Below are positions 54,913 through 64,000 of a DNA stretch of 64,000 bases, piece after piece. The translations under genes and the position numbers were made by a program. This stretch comes from a virus, in IMG/VR virus record IMGVR_UViG_3300036770_005504, positions 1-64,000 of that record; one strand, given 5' to 3'. Under the pieces are notes generated by a model that was given only the letters and a program-made list of their open reading frames with translations, did no database searches and had not been told where the DNA came from. Position 1 is the first letter of the stretch. Each line of letters opens with the position of its first letter.

Positions 54913-57900
54913 TTATCCTATGATCGGTAATACATCAATTTCTGACGAGTTACCAATGGTTAAGTTGCCCAGTCTTTGTTGATCCAATAGCCAACGTGTG
55001 GCGAATCTCACTGCATCTGCTTGAACATTGCCCACACCGCCGAATCTATGTACTTCTTCACCATCAATGGTAATTCGCCAGGATCCAGTAAATCCGCCCT
55101 GAGATCGTTGCTGTTGGAGATCCCGAGTGCTACCTGGAATAGGCTGGGACTGAGTAGTTGGCTCTGCTGGAATTTCACGTACTTCTGCATCTATTTCCAC
55201 GTCAGGATGTCGTTCGCGTCTCTGTGCTAAGAACTGTTCGGCGGCCTGTTGCGTAGGAAATCTACGCAACGGTATCTCTTGCCCTATTGGATATTCACCA
55301 GGCTGACGAGCAAAGCGTTGACTTGCCCTGACCCAAATACCCCAATTACCAGTGCTACCACTCTGTAGTATATCCAAAGATCTTGGAGGTATGAAACTGC
55401 TTCTGGGCTGTACAGGTACGAGTTCGTAAGTCCACGCATCTCCCATAGTTAAGCGGTCAAATTCAGTTTCAGCTTCGGCTGGGGTATTTCTGGTAAAGTA
55501 ATTTACAGGTCTGCCATCATGTTGGCGAACCACAGCCCAATTGGCATCGGGTTGAGTTTCAGGAGCAGTCAACTGTGGTCGTTGAGGTGTTTGGGTGGTC
55601 TGTGGTTGTGCTCTGCGTACATCATACAGGTTTCTATTAGGGCCCGAAAATATACTGTCAAAATACTGTAGTGCCTCTTCATCACTATTGGCATTGAAAG
55701 TGTCAATTACTTGATTTCTTTGAAGGTTAATGATTTCGTAAGTATTTCCAGTAGTCGAGCCAGGTAAAGGTTTTTTAGCAGTGCTGCGTTTCAACTGTGC
55801 TTGACGCAAGAAACTCTTTAGTGCCTGTTTGGGTAATTCACCTGAACTGTATTTAACAAAATAGTCAATGGGGTCATCCTCAGACTTTGGAGCCAAAAGT
55901 TTACGAAGTTTGCTGAGGTATTCTTTACGGTACTTATCGGGATCCATGGCAGCATCTAAGGCCACAATGAATCTCATCAAAGTAGATACTAATTTTTTGG
56001 GATCTTCATCTAACCAGTCCCCTCCAGGGCTACGAAATTCTATATATTTTCCCTGAGGATGAATGCTGGTATATTTGCCTACATCACTGCCCTGTATACT
56101 TCTGCTGGCGAATTTGTTCAATCCTGAACGCATTTGATCAAATAAACCTTGGACTTGATCCGGAGATAAATTTTTTGCTCTTGCTTGAATTTTACTTAGT
56201 GCGCTGGTTGCATATGTATTAGCACTGCGACCAAACTGATCTAGCACATATTGGTCTCCGACTAACAATGCTAGTTTTACGAAATCTAAATTTTTATCGT
56301 CATACCCGGGAATACTGACATTCATATGTAGACCCGTGCTGTTATTAGTGTAGGCACCGATTCGGTTAGCCCACTGACGAACTTTTTCTAAATCATCCAG
56401 CATTTCAGGAAAGGTCAGCGGTGGACTGACAAACTCCAGTCCCATGTCGTCGCTGTCATGAGGTCTTAAACTGCCATCGGGTTCTACCACATATTTGCCT
56501 GGCTCACGCCGAGCACTATGATAAGATGAACTGGCATTAATTGGTCGGCCAATGGCTTCACTGAAGTCATTTGCAATGGCATCAATGCTGGTACTAGATT
56601 CCGATTCTTCCGTGGTCCAGTAAGGCCAATGGATAGTATCGGAATATTCATCGTGCACATCACTCATATTTACTAGACCAGCTTCGCCCAACCATTCCTC
56701 TTCTAAATCTGGGTCTTCCAGAAAATCTTCTAGAGCCTGCTCTCGAATATTGTCTAATCTATCACCACCCTCTCTGATAATTAGATCGGCGGCTTCTTCG
56801 GCTTGTGTTCGTGTTAACCCGTCGAGCCTGTCGGGATCTAACCCCAATAACTCAGCAATATCCTCTACATCCATGTGATCTGTTACATAGTCATAGACAA
56901 AAGTTTCTTTGTTCGATTCCCACCGTGCGTCAAATGCTTCCGAGGTCCAATCACTGAAATCGCTTCTTAGCTGTATCTCCAAACTTCTGACAGCATTACG
57001 ACTATTATAGTCACGGTCATCGAAAAAATTCACAATGTCGGTGATGCTGCGAGTGCCCTCATTATAGTCCATGTCCATGACCATTTCGGGATAATCGACG
57101 CCGCCTGCAACATTGGGCACAATCATTTCAAATTCTATGCCCACACGAGCATCGATATCCTTGACTGCAGCAGCCAGACTGGTTGGATCCATACGGATTT
57201 CTAATAGGTCATCCTCGTTGATCAGAGTTGAATTACTAGAGAATTTATTTGAAATTTGTTTTAACTTATTTTCTAAATGGTCAATTGTGTCATACTCGGC
57301 ATTATAAAGAATTCCATAACCGCCGGCCTTGTTCCATTTTTCGATATTTGATGGTTTGTCATCTATTAAAACATTGGGTATTCCGTCACTGGTTGCATAT
57401 TTTTCTTTGTTACGAGTAAAAACTATATCGCTAGGCAAGGGAGATAAATTTGATAATAGCCACTGTTTTTTATTGTTGCTGCTGTTTTGTATATCGCCTC
57501 GCAACGGGCTGGAGCAAATCCCATAATGATTTCCACCATACTTTAATGCCAGATTGACCACTTGGTCACTGGTAGAAAATTTGTTTAATTTTCTAAAAAA
57601 GTCAGTACCTAAAATTTTGGGTATATTGGGATCGTTACGACTACTGATGTCTGGATCGACTCCAAATAAAGTTCGATATCGACCGGCAAAATCAGCCAAC
57701 ACACCATCCATATCTAGATAAATTTTAAGATTGGGTTTCTTTTGTTGACTTTCGTTGTGTTTTTTCTTTTTGCCTTGACAATGTGCTCGTTGGCTAAATC
57801 CTTTGGGGCGGTCACAATCGATAGATTTTTTATATTTGGTTGACCACTCTTCTTGCAGTTTTTTTGCCAACAATAGTGCAGGTCTACCTTGTGTATCAGT

Positions 57901-59223
57901 TTTTAGATGTAATTTATTGGCTTGACGTCCGGTTTCTCCTGGGCGAATATCTTTGGTCAATGCTGTGGAAAATCTAGGATCATTTTTTTGTTTTTCTGTG
58001 GGGATATATCCAGATGCTTCTGACAATTTGATATCTGTAAATAATTCTGGTCTACGCTCGGCAAATCCTCGCATGATTTGTCCAGCCAATGCATTGGCTT
58101 CGTTTTCGTAGGGACTACCAGTCTGTCCAGCATCGTCGGGAAATTTTCCTCGATGACGTTGTGCACAGTGCACTAACTCGTGAGCCAATGTTCTAATTAT
58201 ATCTAATATATGTCTATTAGAAATACTTAATTGTAAATGATTGTTGTCCGGACTATATTGTCCAAAGCTACCGGTCTTGGCAGTCCATCGGGGATCACTA
58301 TGTAAAATTATCTTTGGACGATTGACAATTTTTAACTCGTCCATGATCTCATTGGCAAACAATTTTATTTGAGATTCAATATTTTCGTTGATACTTTCAC
58401 CACCACCATCACCACCACCACCTTCTCCGCTGTCAGCCCAACTAAATCCCGGATACCAATACCCACTGAAACCATACTTGACTCGAGATTTTTTACGACG
58501 TTTTTTTCGTTCTGTCAGACTGAGTTCTTGATCATGTAACTGATTTCTACGATCATAGAGTTTTTTAATAAGACCATGATGTCTTAATAGTTTAAAAGTT
58601 AAATTTTCTACACTGAATTCGCCTCGATCTGCCAACCCCGAAACCCGCATATTTTTAATTTTATCAATCAATGATTGAAGTCTTTCAAGACTGTTGTCAT
58701 TGACAGCTGAATTAATTCTGTTTTCAAGATCTTGATATTTACTGATCACACTGTCATCATTGATGTCGGTTTTGATTTTTTTTGGAACTATTAACCATTG
58801 ATTATTGAGTAGACTATAGATTCCTTGACTGTAATGAGGTTGATTGGCATTTTGCACATATAATTCAACATCATATCCACCTATAGTGATATTGTGCTGG
58901 TCATTGTATTGGTATTTTTTTGCATCAAATAATTCTCTATAGACTTGACTACGATCTGCCTCAGGAAGATCCACTACTAGATGTAGATCTATATCACTGT
59001 GATCGTTGTAATTATAACCGGCATTACTACCACTGACGGTGATATCTTTGAGCCCAATGTCACTGACCCCTAGAAATTCACGAAAATCGTTGGCTATATC
59101 CAATAATATATTTCGAACTTTGGGATTCAAATTTTGATTTTCATCCCATAATACAGGATTCAGACGATCGTGAAATTTAACATAGTCTGACAGTTGTAGA
59201 GAATTAAGTTCTTTGAGGTTCAT
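54913..59223 (-). CDS. 1436-aa polyvalent protein (nucleotidyltransferase, zincin, HAD 5'-nucleotidase and amidoligase-like domains)
   Basis: SGSNA..SDIDLH; AHELVH; YLDMDGVLADF..LIDD; GIEFE..EPDGSL..GLEFVSP..TGLHMNV..IEFRSPG. Confidence 0.78.
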   Translation of the reverse strand: MNLKELNSLQLSDYVKFHDRLNPVLWDENQNLNPKVRNILLDIANDFREFLGVSDIGLKDITVSGSNAGYNYNDHSDIDLHLVVDLPEADRSQVYRELFDAKKYQYNDQHNITIGGYDVELYVQNANQPHYSQGIYSLLNNQWLIVPKKIKTDINDDSVISKYQDLENRINSAVNDNSLERLQSLIDKIKNMRVSGLADRGEFSVENLTFKLLRHHGLIKKLYDRRNQLHDQELSLTERKKRRKKSRVKYGFSGYWYPGFSWADSGEGGGGDGGGESINENIESQIKLFANEIMDELKIVNRPKIILHSDPRWTAKTGSFGQYSPDNNHLQLSISNRHILDIIRTLAHELVHCAQRHRGKFPDDAGQTGSPYENEANALAGQIMRGFAERRPELFTDIKLSEASGYIPTEKQKNDPRFSTALTKDIRPGETGRQANKLHLKTDTQGRPALLLAKKLQEEWSTKYKKSIDCDRPKGFSQRAHCQGKKKKHNESQQKKPNLKIYLDMDGVLADFAGRYRTLFGVDPDISSRNDPNIPKILGTDFFRKLNKFSTSDQVVNLALKYGGNHYGICSSPLRGDIQNSSNNKKQWLLSNLSPLPSDIVFTRNKEKYATSDGIPNVLIDDKPSNIEKWNKAGGYGILYNAEYDTIDHLENKLKQISNKFSSNSTLINEDDLLEIRMDPTSLAAAVKDIDARVGIEFEMIVPNVAGGVDYPEMVMDMDYNEGTRSITDIVNFFDDRDYNSRNAVRSLEIQLRSDFSDWTSEAFDARWESNKETFVYDYVTDHMDVEDIAELLGLDPDRLDGLTRTQAEEAADLIIREGGDRLDNIREQALEDFLEDPDLEEEWLGEAGLVNMSDVHDEYSDTIHWPYWTTEESESSTSIDAIANDFSEAIGRPINASSSYHSARREPGKYVVEPDGSLRPHDSDDMGLEFVSPPLTFPEMLDDLEKVRQWANRIGAYTNNSTGLHMNVSIPGYDDKNLDFVKLALLVGDQYVLDQFGRSANTYATSALSKIQARAKNLSPDQVQGLFDQMRSGLNKFASRSIQGSDVGKYTSIHPQGKYIEFRSPGGDWLDEDPKKLVSTLMRFIVALDAAMDPDKYRKEYLSKLRKLLAPKSEDDPIDYFVKYSSGELPKQALKSFLRQAQLKRSTAKKPLPGSTTGNTYEIINLQRNQVIDTFNANSDEEALQYFDSIFSGPNRNLYDVRRAQPQTTQTPQRPQLTAPETQPDANWAVVRQHDGRPVNYFTRNTPAEAETEFDRLTMGDAWTYELVPVQPRSSFIPPRSLDILQSGSTGNWGIWVRASQRFARQPGEYPIGQEIPLRRFPTQQAAEQFLAQRRERHPDVEIDAEVREIPAEPTTQSQPIPGSTRDLQQQRSQGGFTGSWRITIDGEEVHRFGGVGNVQADAVRFATRWLLDQQRLGNLTIGNSSEIDVLPIIG

Positions 59224-59261
59224 AGTGTATTTATTGATTTAGTAAAATCCATAGTATTCAG

Positions 59262-59289
59262 AATAATCCCGCATTGATGCGGGATTATT
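59262..59289. terminator. Intrinsic terminator-like hairpin
   Basis: AATAATCCCGCA-TTGA-TGCGGGATTATT, perfect 12-bp stem in an intergenic region. Confidence 0.7.
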
Positions 59290-59314
59290 TGATATATCAA
59301 TAAACAACAATAAT

Positions 59315-60130
59315 TTATGAGCTGACCAATACTTCTGGATCGGGCGACAGTGTCGCTGATTGTTGTTCTTGTTCGGATATAGTAGCAGTATTATTATCGT
59401 ATACCAGTTTTAAATCTTTGTAGAGTTTTTCTTGATTCATATAGTCAAATGTATAACTGCCTGTATGTTTCAGCAATACTCGGCGATCAATGAATACTTG
59501 TCCGCCAAGGTCTCTCCAGTTTTCACAAAAGGTCCAGTCCTCACTATAATAGCGATTGTCTCTGACCACTGTGGTAAAATACGTTCTCAGGTGTTGATTT
59601 ATATCGGCATCTAAACCCACATCATTGTTAAACTGCACCACCTCGGAGTGTTCGTTGAGTTTTTCAAACACTGATCGTTTTATCAACATAAATCCAGTGC
59701 CGGTTTTGCTGACTTCAACTAGACCCGATTGAGATTGCATATCACTATTGGCCAAGCCGTTGACACACCATTTGACCGGCAATGTTTTCATAGGATATAA
59801 TCCACCGACTACATCAACATCATGATTTAACAAGGCCAATAAGTGCCATGGTTCCCACCCGATGTCAGCATCGATGAACATGAGATGTGTGCTGGCCTCG
59901 GTCATTAAAAATTTTGCAGTCAATGTATTTCTGGCTCGACAAATTAAACTTTCATTGGTCATGGTTTCCAATGTCCAATCTATTTGTAGTTGTCTAGCTG
60001 TATTAGCCCATTTAATGTAGCTCATGAAAGTGCTTTCTGTCAATTGGCCACCATAACATGGCATACAGATATGCACACGAGTTTTACGAATTTTTTCAAG
60101 ATCAAGCTGAATTTGAATTTTGTCTGACAT
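59315..60130 (-). CDS. GT-A glycosyltransferase-like protein
   Basis: ICMPCYGG, ESLICRARN, THLMFIDADI, GTGFMLIKR, SEDWTFC. Confidence 0.75.
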   Translation of the reverse strand: MSDKIQIQLDLEKIRKTRVHICMPCYGGQLTESTFMSYIKWANTARQLQIDWTLETMTNESLICRARNTLTAKFLMTEASTHLMFIDADIGWEPWHLLALLNHDVDVVGGLYPMKTLPVKWCVNGLANSDMQSQSGLVEVSKTGTGFMLIKRSVFEKLNEHSEVVQFNNDVGLDADINQHLRTYFTTVVRDNRYYSEDWTFCENWRDLGGQVFIDRRVLLKHTGSYTFDYMNQEKLYKDLKLVYDNNTATISEQEQQSATLSPDPEVLVSS

Positions 60131-60180
60131 TGTGTCCTCTAAGATATTTCTATATTTAAATAATTACAGTCGGCGGGGTA

Positions 60181-61017
60181 TTATTTTTCGTTGATGTAGT
60201 CGAGTCGACTATGTGTGTGTAAAAGTTTTTCTATATTGGAAACTTTGGTGTTTAACAATTTCCATTCATTGAGTAGTTTTTGTAGTTTAACATGATCGCC
60301 TGCACGAAATTCTGTCAATGCAGACTTTAAGTAAGGTAATACATTCGAAACCAAACTTTCAGTCAATGTATTCACACCTAGGCCCATGTCAATCAATTGT
60401 ATAGCTTGTTGTGTTAGTTTATCATTGTTGGCGGTCAGTGGATACATCTCTTTGACTAATTTTTGTTTTGCTGTTTGATCAAGTGTAGGCCAAAGATTTC
60501 TAATCTCTGTGGCCGATGTCATACCTGATCCAAATGTTTTGACAGGCAAATAGGCCATATAGGCGTGTCGAGTCATGGGATCAAGATGATTGCTATTGCT
60601 GTCATAATATGCCAAATAGTCACTGACAGGCTGTCCTTTACGTGGACCACGAGTTACCAATGGTAATCGCCCTTCTGCATCGCGTTCCGGTGGTAAAGGT
60701 GGTTTTCCTTGATCTTTCTCACTGCGAACAAATATTAAAGCAGTATTATCTTCTTGACCGTTGACAATTTGTGCAATTGCTGGATCCGCTGCGGAGAATT
60801 GTCTTTGCACTTGAATAAAATTTTTCTTAGGGACACCGGCTATTTGAGCCAAAGCCTGTTTGATTGCAAAAGGAAAAGGTCTTTTTTCTTGAACATCAGT
60901 GGCACCCACAATGACTTCAGCATCTGGAAATGCTGATTTTGCTGCTTGATATAATGCAGCATGTCCTGCATGAAATGGGTGAAATCCTCCGGAAATTAAA
61001 ACTATCTTGCGCATCAA
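60181..61017 (-). CDS. Cytidylyltransferase-like (HxGH) protein
   Basis: GGFHPFHAGH, TSATEIR. Confidence 0.78.
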   Translation of the reverse strand: MMRKIVLISGGFHPFHAGHAALYQAAKSAFPDAEVIVGATDVQEKRPFPFAIKQALAQIAGVPKKNFIQVQRQFSAADPAIAQIVNGQEDNTALIFVRSEKDQGKPPLPPERDAEGRLPLVTRGPRKGQPVSDYLAYYDSNSNHLDPMTRHAYMAYLPVKTFGSGMTSATEIRNLWPTLDQTAKQKLVKEMYPLTANNDKLTQQAIQLIDMGLGVNTLTESLVSNVLPYLKSALTEFRAGDHVKLQKLLNEWKLLNTKVSNIEKLLHTHSRLDYINEK

Positions 61018-61040
61018 TTATTTATCTATCATGAAAAATT

Positions 61041-61403
61041 TCAATATACCGCAGTGATAGAATCTATGTCGCCATCGGAAAAGTCTTGAATTCGAGCTCT
61101 TAGCCAGGTAAAATTTCCTGTCACATTAGATGAATATACACCTGACCATTGAGTGCTGAAATCAGCACCAAAACTGTCAACTTCGATCCAAGTGGCAGAG
61201 TTGGGGTCTTGATCCACAGTTGCTTCTATACTGATTCCACCAGTGAATCCATCGAATCTATAAAATATTGTCTGTAGACTGCCTCGACCTTGATAGTAAT
61301 TTGCTGCAGGCTGTGCATCTCCATAGAAATCCATACTGCTGCCATCATAATTACCTGATGGCACCCCGTATACTGTGAGAGGTAACAGCACCACTGTGGT
61401 CAT
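61041..61403 (-). CDS. Hypothetical beta-rich (probably structural) protein
   Basis: GNFTWLRA; late-gene context. Confidence 0.65.
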   Translation of the reverse strand: MTTVVLLPLTVYGVPSGNYDGSSMDFYGDAQPAANYYQGRGSLQTIFYRFDGFTGGISIEATVDQDPNSATWIEVDSFGADFSTQWSGVYSSNVTGNFTWLRARIQDFSDGDIDSITAVY

Positions 61404-61573
61404 GATTGATCTAAAATCTCAACTTCGACTACACACCCAATTCCAACTAATTGCTCAGTCAACTCCTGAATGGCGTCCACTAGCTCTGAACTAACTAGTT
61501 CCACTGGCTCACTGTTTGATTTAACCAGTTTACTGATTTTTACTGTGATAATTTGTTCGTGTATTTTGGCCAT
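61400..61573 (-). CDS. Small hypothetical protein, 57 aa (not in ORF track)
   Basis: MAKIHEQIITVKISKLVK...VVEVEILDQS; TAAATA 5 nt before ATG; ATGA overlap with the next gene. Confidence 0.7.
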   Translation of the reverse strand: MAKIHEQIITVKISKLVKSNSEPVELVSSELVDAIQELTEQLVGIGCVVEVEILDQS

Positions 61574-61577
61574 AATA

Positions 61578-62240
61578 TTATTTAGCTTTGATTTTGAATG
61601 TCTTTCTGACCAAATTTGGTATAATTAGATTTATCATCAAAATCTCCGAATCGGTGGTATGGTCAATAAAGTCACTTGAATGTATATATTTATGTTGTGT
61701 AACATCAGTTTCGTAGTTTAGTAACCAGTCTAATCTGGCATTGACTTTGATGTAATCTTTATTTTCTTGAATAAAATTTGTCAAAGTTTGATAGCCATTA
61801 TAGTTAATACGTTGGTTAGACAAATAAGATCTATATAAAAATTTGGGATTTTTTAAATAAACAAAATTTTTATCATAGACAACCATTGATTGTCTCACAA
61901 TGTGATATTGATTAGAGAAAAAATCAAGAGTCAACAGTTGATCAATATCGGACAAATTTGATGTATAAAAATATATTCCGTCATAATGAGTTGTAATCTT
62001 GAAATCTGTTTTGATATCAGTCAAATGACCACAACAGTGATGTAGATTATCGATTTGAATTTGATGTAACTTTCCGATCGCCCAATGATGATTGTTGCGG
62101 AATTCAATTAATTTGTTTATTTGTTCATGATTCAACGATTTTAAATAGATTGCACCTGGTAAAAACAACCAAATCGAGTAAAGATATTTTCCATAGAAAT
62201 ATGAATTTCTATTCTGTTGAATAATTTTGTAAGTGGTCAT
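61578..62240 (-). CDS. Hypothetical protein
   Basis: ORF in operon. Confidence 0.7.
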   Translation of the reverse strand: MTTYKIIQQNRNSYFYGKYLYSIWLFLPGAIYLKSLNHEQINKLIEFRNNHHWAIGKLHQIQIDNLHHCCGHLTDIKTDFKITTHYDGIYFYTSNLSDIDQLLTLDFFSNQYHIVRQSMVVYDKNFVYLKNPKFLYRSYLSNQRINYNGYQTLTNFIQENKDYIKVNARLDWLLNYETDVTQHKYIHSSDFIDHTTDSEILMINLIIPNLVRKTFKIKAK

Positions 62241-62242
62241 TG

Positions 62243-64000
62243 TTAACTTTTTTTCTTGATTCGAATGGGTTTAGCAGAGATCACAGTTTGTTGATTTTTG
62301 ATATCAATGTTACATTGAGTATTCTCGAGATTTTCAAACAAAATTTTCCTTGCCAGTGGAATCTTGATCATTTCGTCGATTTTTCTCGACAGCTGACGAG
62401 CACCCATTCGATTGTCATAGCCATTTACTGCCAAATAGTTTAATGCAGATTCTGTGACATTGATTCGAATATTTTTGGACAAGAGACTTGTTTGCAGTTC
62501 GTTGATAAATTTTTCTACAATCTTTCTCACAGCCGACTGATCCAGCTTGTTGAATTTACAAATAACATCAATTCTGTTTCTTAGCTCAGGACGAAAAAAG
62601 TCTCGAACTGCTCGATCTTCACTACCGGTCTTTTCTAGATCAACAGAAAATCCAATATTGTTTTGCTCGTTGTCTTGACTGCCTAAATTACTGGTCATGA
62701 TGACAATACAATTTTTTAAATTGACTTTTTTGCCATTGTTGCCAGTCACAGTGCCTTCGTCTAAGATTTGCAATAAAATGTTACTGACATCCGGATGTGC
62801 CTTTTCAATTTCATCAAACAACAATACAGCATGAGGATGTCGATTAATATCACTGATTAATTTGCCACCGCCTACATTACCATCTTCAAAACCTACATAA
62901 CCCGGTGGTGCACCAATCAGTGAACTGACAGTGTGTTTTTCTTGAAATTCACTCATATCATATTTCAATAGTGTCATATCGAGATTATGTGCCAACAATT
63001 TGGCCAGTTCGGTTTTACCTGTGCCAGTGGGTCCTAAAAATAGATAACTAGCAATGGGTTTGTTGGTATTACTCAATCCCGAGAAACTGATATAAATTCT
63101 TTCCAAAACTTGATTGACAATAGAATCTTGACCATATAGTGACTGTCTAATGGAATTTTCTAAATTAGAAATTTTTTGACTGCTGGTATTTTGCAAATTC
63201 TCTAAGCCAATACCTGTGATTTTACTGATCTGTTGTTGAATCAGTGTTCGATCGATCCGGGCCGGGTTGGGTAAAATTCGTTGTCGAGCACAAGCCGAAT
63301 CTAATAGATCAATGCTTTTGTCAGGATTTTTCTTGTCTGTGATGTATCTATTTCCTAACTCCAGTGCTGCCGAAATCGCACTATTGTCAATGACAACATT
63401 ATGAAACTGTTCAAGACGAACACTGACTCCAATTAAAATTTGTTCGGTGGTAGTGAGATCAGGCTCGTCAATGGCTAACTTATGAAATCTACGCATCAAT
63501 GCACGATCTTTTTCAAAACTTTCGTAGAATTCCTCCCATGTGGTACTGGCAATTACTTTGAAATGACCTTTGGTGATTGCTGGTTTGATCATATTGGCAA
63601 AATCTAAACTACTACCACTGCCGGACCCAGCACCTTTCATGGTATGAGCTTCATCAATGAACAAGATACAATTTTTTTTGATTTCCAATGCCGAGATAAT
63701 CAATTTCAATTTTTCTTCAAAATCTCCCCTATATTTACTACCGGCCAAAATGTTACCAATTTCCAAACTCCAAACTTCATAACCTTTGAGAAATTCAGGA
63801 ACTTGTTGATCAATGATATCTTGTGCTAACCCTTCGATGATACTGGTTTTTCCTACACCTGGATCACCAACTAACAGAATATTGGATTTAAATTTTCTAG
63901 CCAATACTGTGATCATTTCGTCTAATTCATCTCGACGACCAATCATGGGTTCAAGTTTCTTTTCTTCTGCCAGTCGACTGAGATTAATACAGTATTCTTC
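62243..64000 (-). CDS. clpA: ClpA/ClpB-family AAA+ ATPase (starts beyond the window end)
   Basis: Two NBDs: GDPGVGKT/FIDEAH and GPTGTGKT/DMSEF..LIGAPPGYVG/LFDEIEKAH; frame is open to 64000. Confidence 0.9.
   Translation of the reverse strand, partial: EEYCINLSRLAEEKKLEPMIGRRDELDEMITVLARKFKSNILLVGDPGVGKTSIIEGLAQDIIDQQVPEFLKGYEVWSLEIGNILAGSKYRGDFEEKLKLIISALEIKKNCILFIDEAHTMKGAGSGSGSSLDFANMIKPAITKGHFKVIASTTWEEFYESFEKDRALMRRFHKLAIDEPDLTTTEQILIGVSVRLEQFHNVVIDNSAISAALELGNRYITDKKNPDKSIDLLDSACARQRILPNPARIDRTLIQQQISKITGIGLENLQNTSSQKISNLENSIRQSLYGQDSIVNQVLERIYISFSGLSNTNKPIASYLFLGPTGTGKTELAKLLAHNLDMTLLKYDMSEFQEKHTVSSLIGAPPGYVGFEDGNVGGGKLISDINRHPHAVLLFDEIEKAHPDVSNILLQILDEGTVTGNNGKKVNLKNCIVIMTSNLGSQDNEQNNIGFSVDLEKTGSEDRAVRDFFRPELRNRIDVICKFNKLDQSAVRKIVEKFINELQTSLLSKNIRINVTESALNYLAVNGYDNRMGARQLSRKIDEMIKIPLARKILFENLENTQCNIDIKNQQTVISAKPIRIKKKS

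Noticed and set aside
1-64000. Stop-codon reassignment as seen in some large phages
   Set aside because: Genes are full length and tightly packed in code 11, TGA and TAG both end genes, and no suppressor tRNA was seen
1-64000. Bacterial chromosome or prophage origin
   Set aside because: T4-like polB, rnh and late motifs, CCA-encoded tRNAs and phage-style packing run throughout, with no integrase or host operons

Overview
AT-rich, densely coded, mostly minus-strand segment of a large T4-like (jumbo-type) dsDNA bacteriophage in the standard genetic code. A betaproteobacterial host is suggested (inference) by two Bug/TctC proteins, the AhpC variant and an Azoarcus-like intron. In order the window holds: (1) ahpC, dCMP deaminase and a tRNA cluster, including a tRNA-Ile(CAU) split by a 208-nt group I intron and lying next to tilS; (2) a ~20-kb island of tailoring enzymes (4 PP-loop ATPases, about 6 cupin/2OG-Fe(II)-type oxygenases, methyltransferases, a B12 radical SAM, a PLP enzyme, a desaturase, a sulfotransferase with APS kinase, a glycosyltransferase and 2 Bug proteins); (3) more tRNAs, including a Thr(UGU) tRNA with a long variable arm; (4) RNase H and a 7-deazaguanine DNA-modification cluster (folE, queD, queE, yhhQ, a QueD paralog with LxxxHRHxF, a TGT/DpdA-like gene, no queC in the window) interleaved with glycosyl- and methyltransferases; (5) a homing endonuclease with an RBS-sequestering hairpin, the sliding clamp and a family B DNA polymerase; (6) late genes sharing a T4 internal-protein-like N-terminal tag (MKAxEFIxE), including two polyproteins, one with modules separated by an 18-bp linker conserved at the DNA level; (7) a ClpA-like ATPase. 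All product calls come from visual motif recognition, with no database searches.
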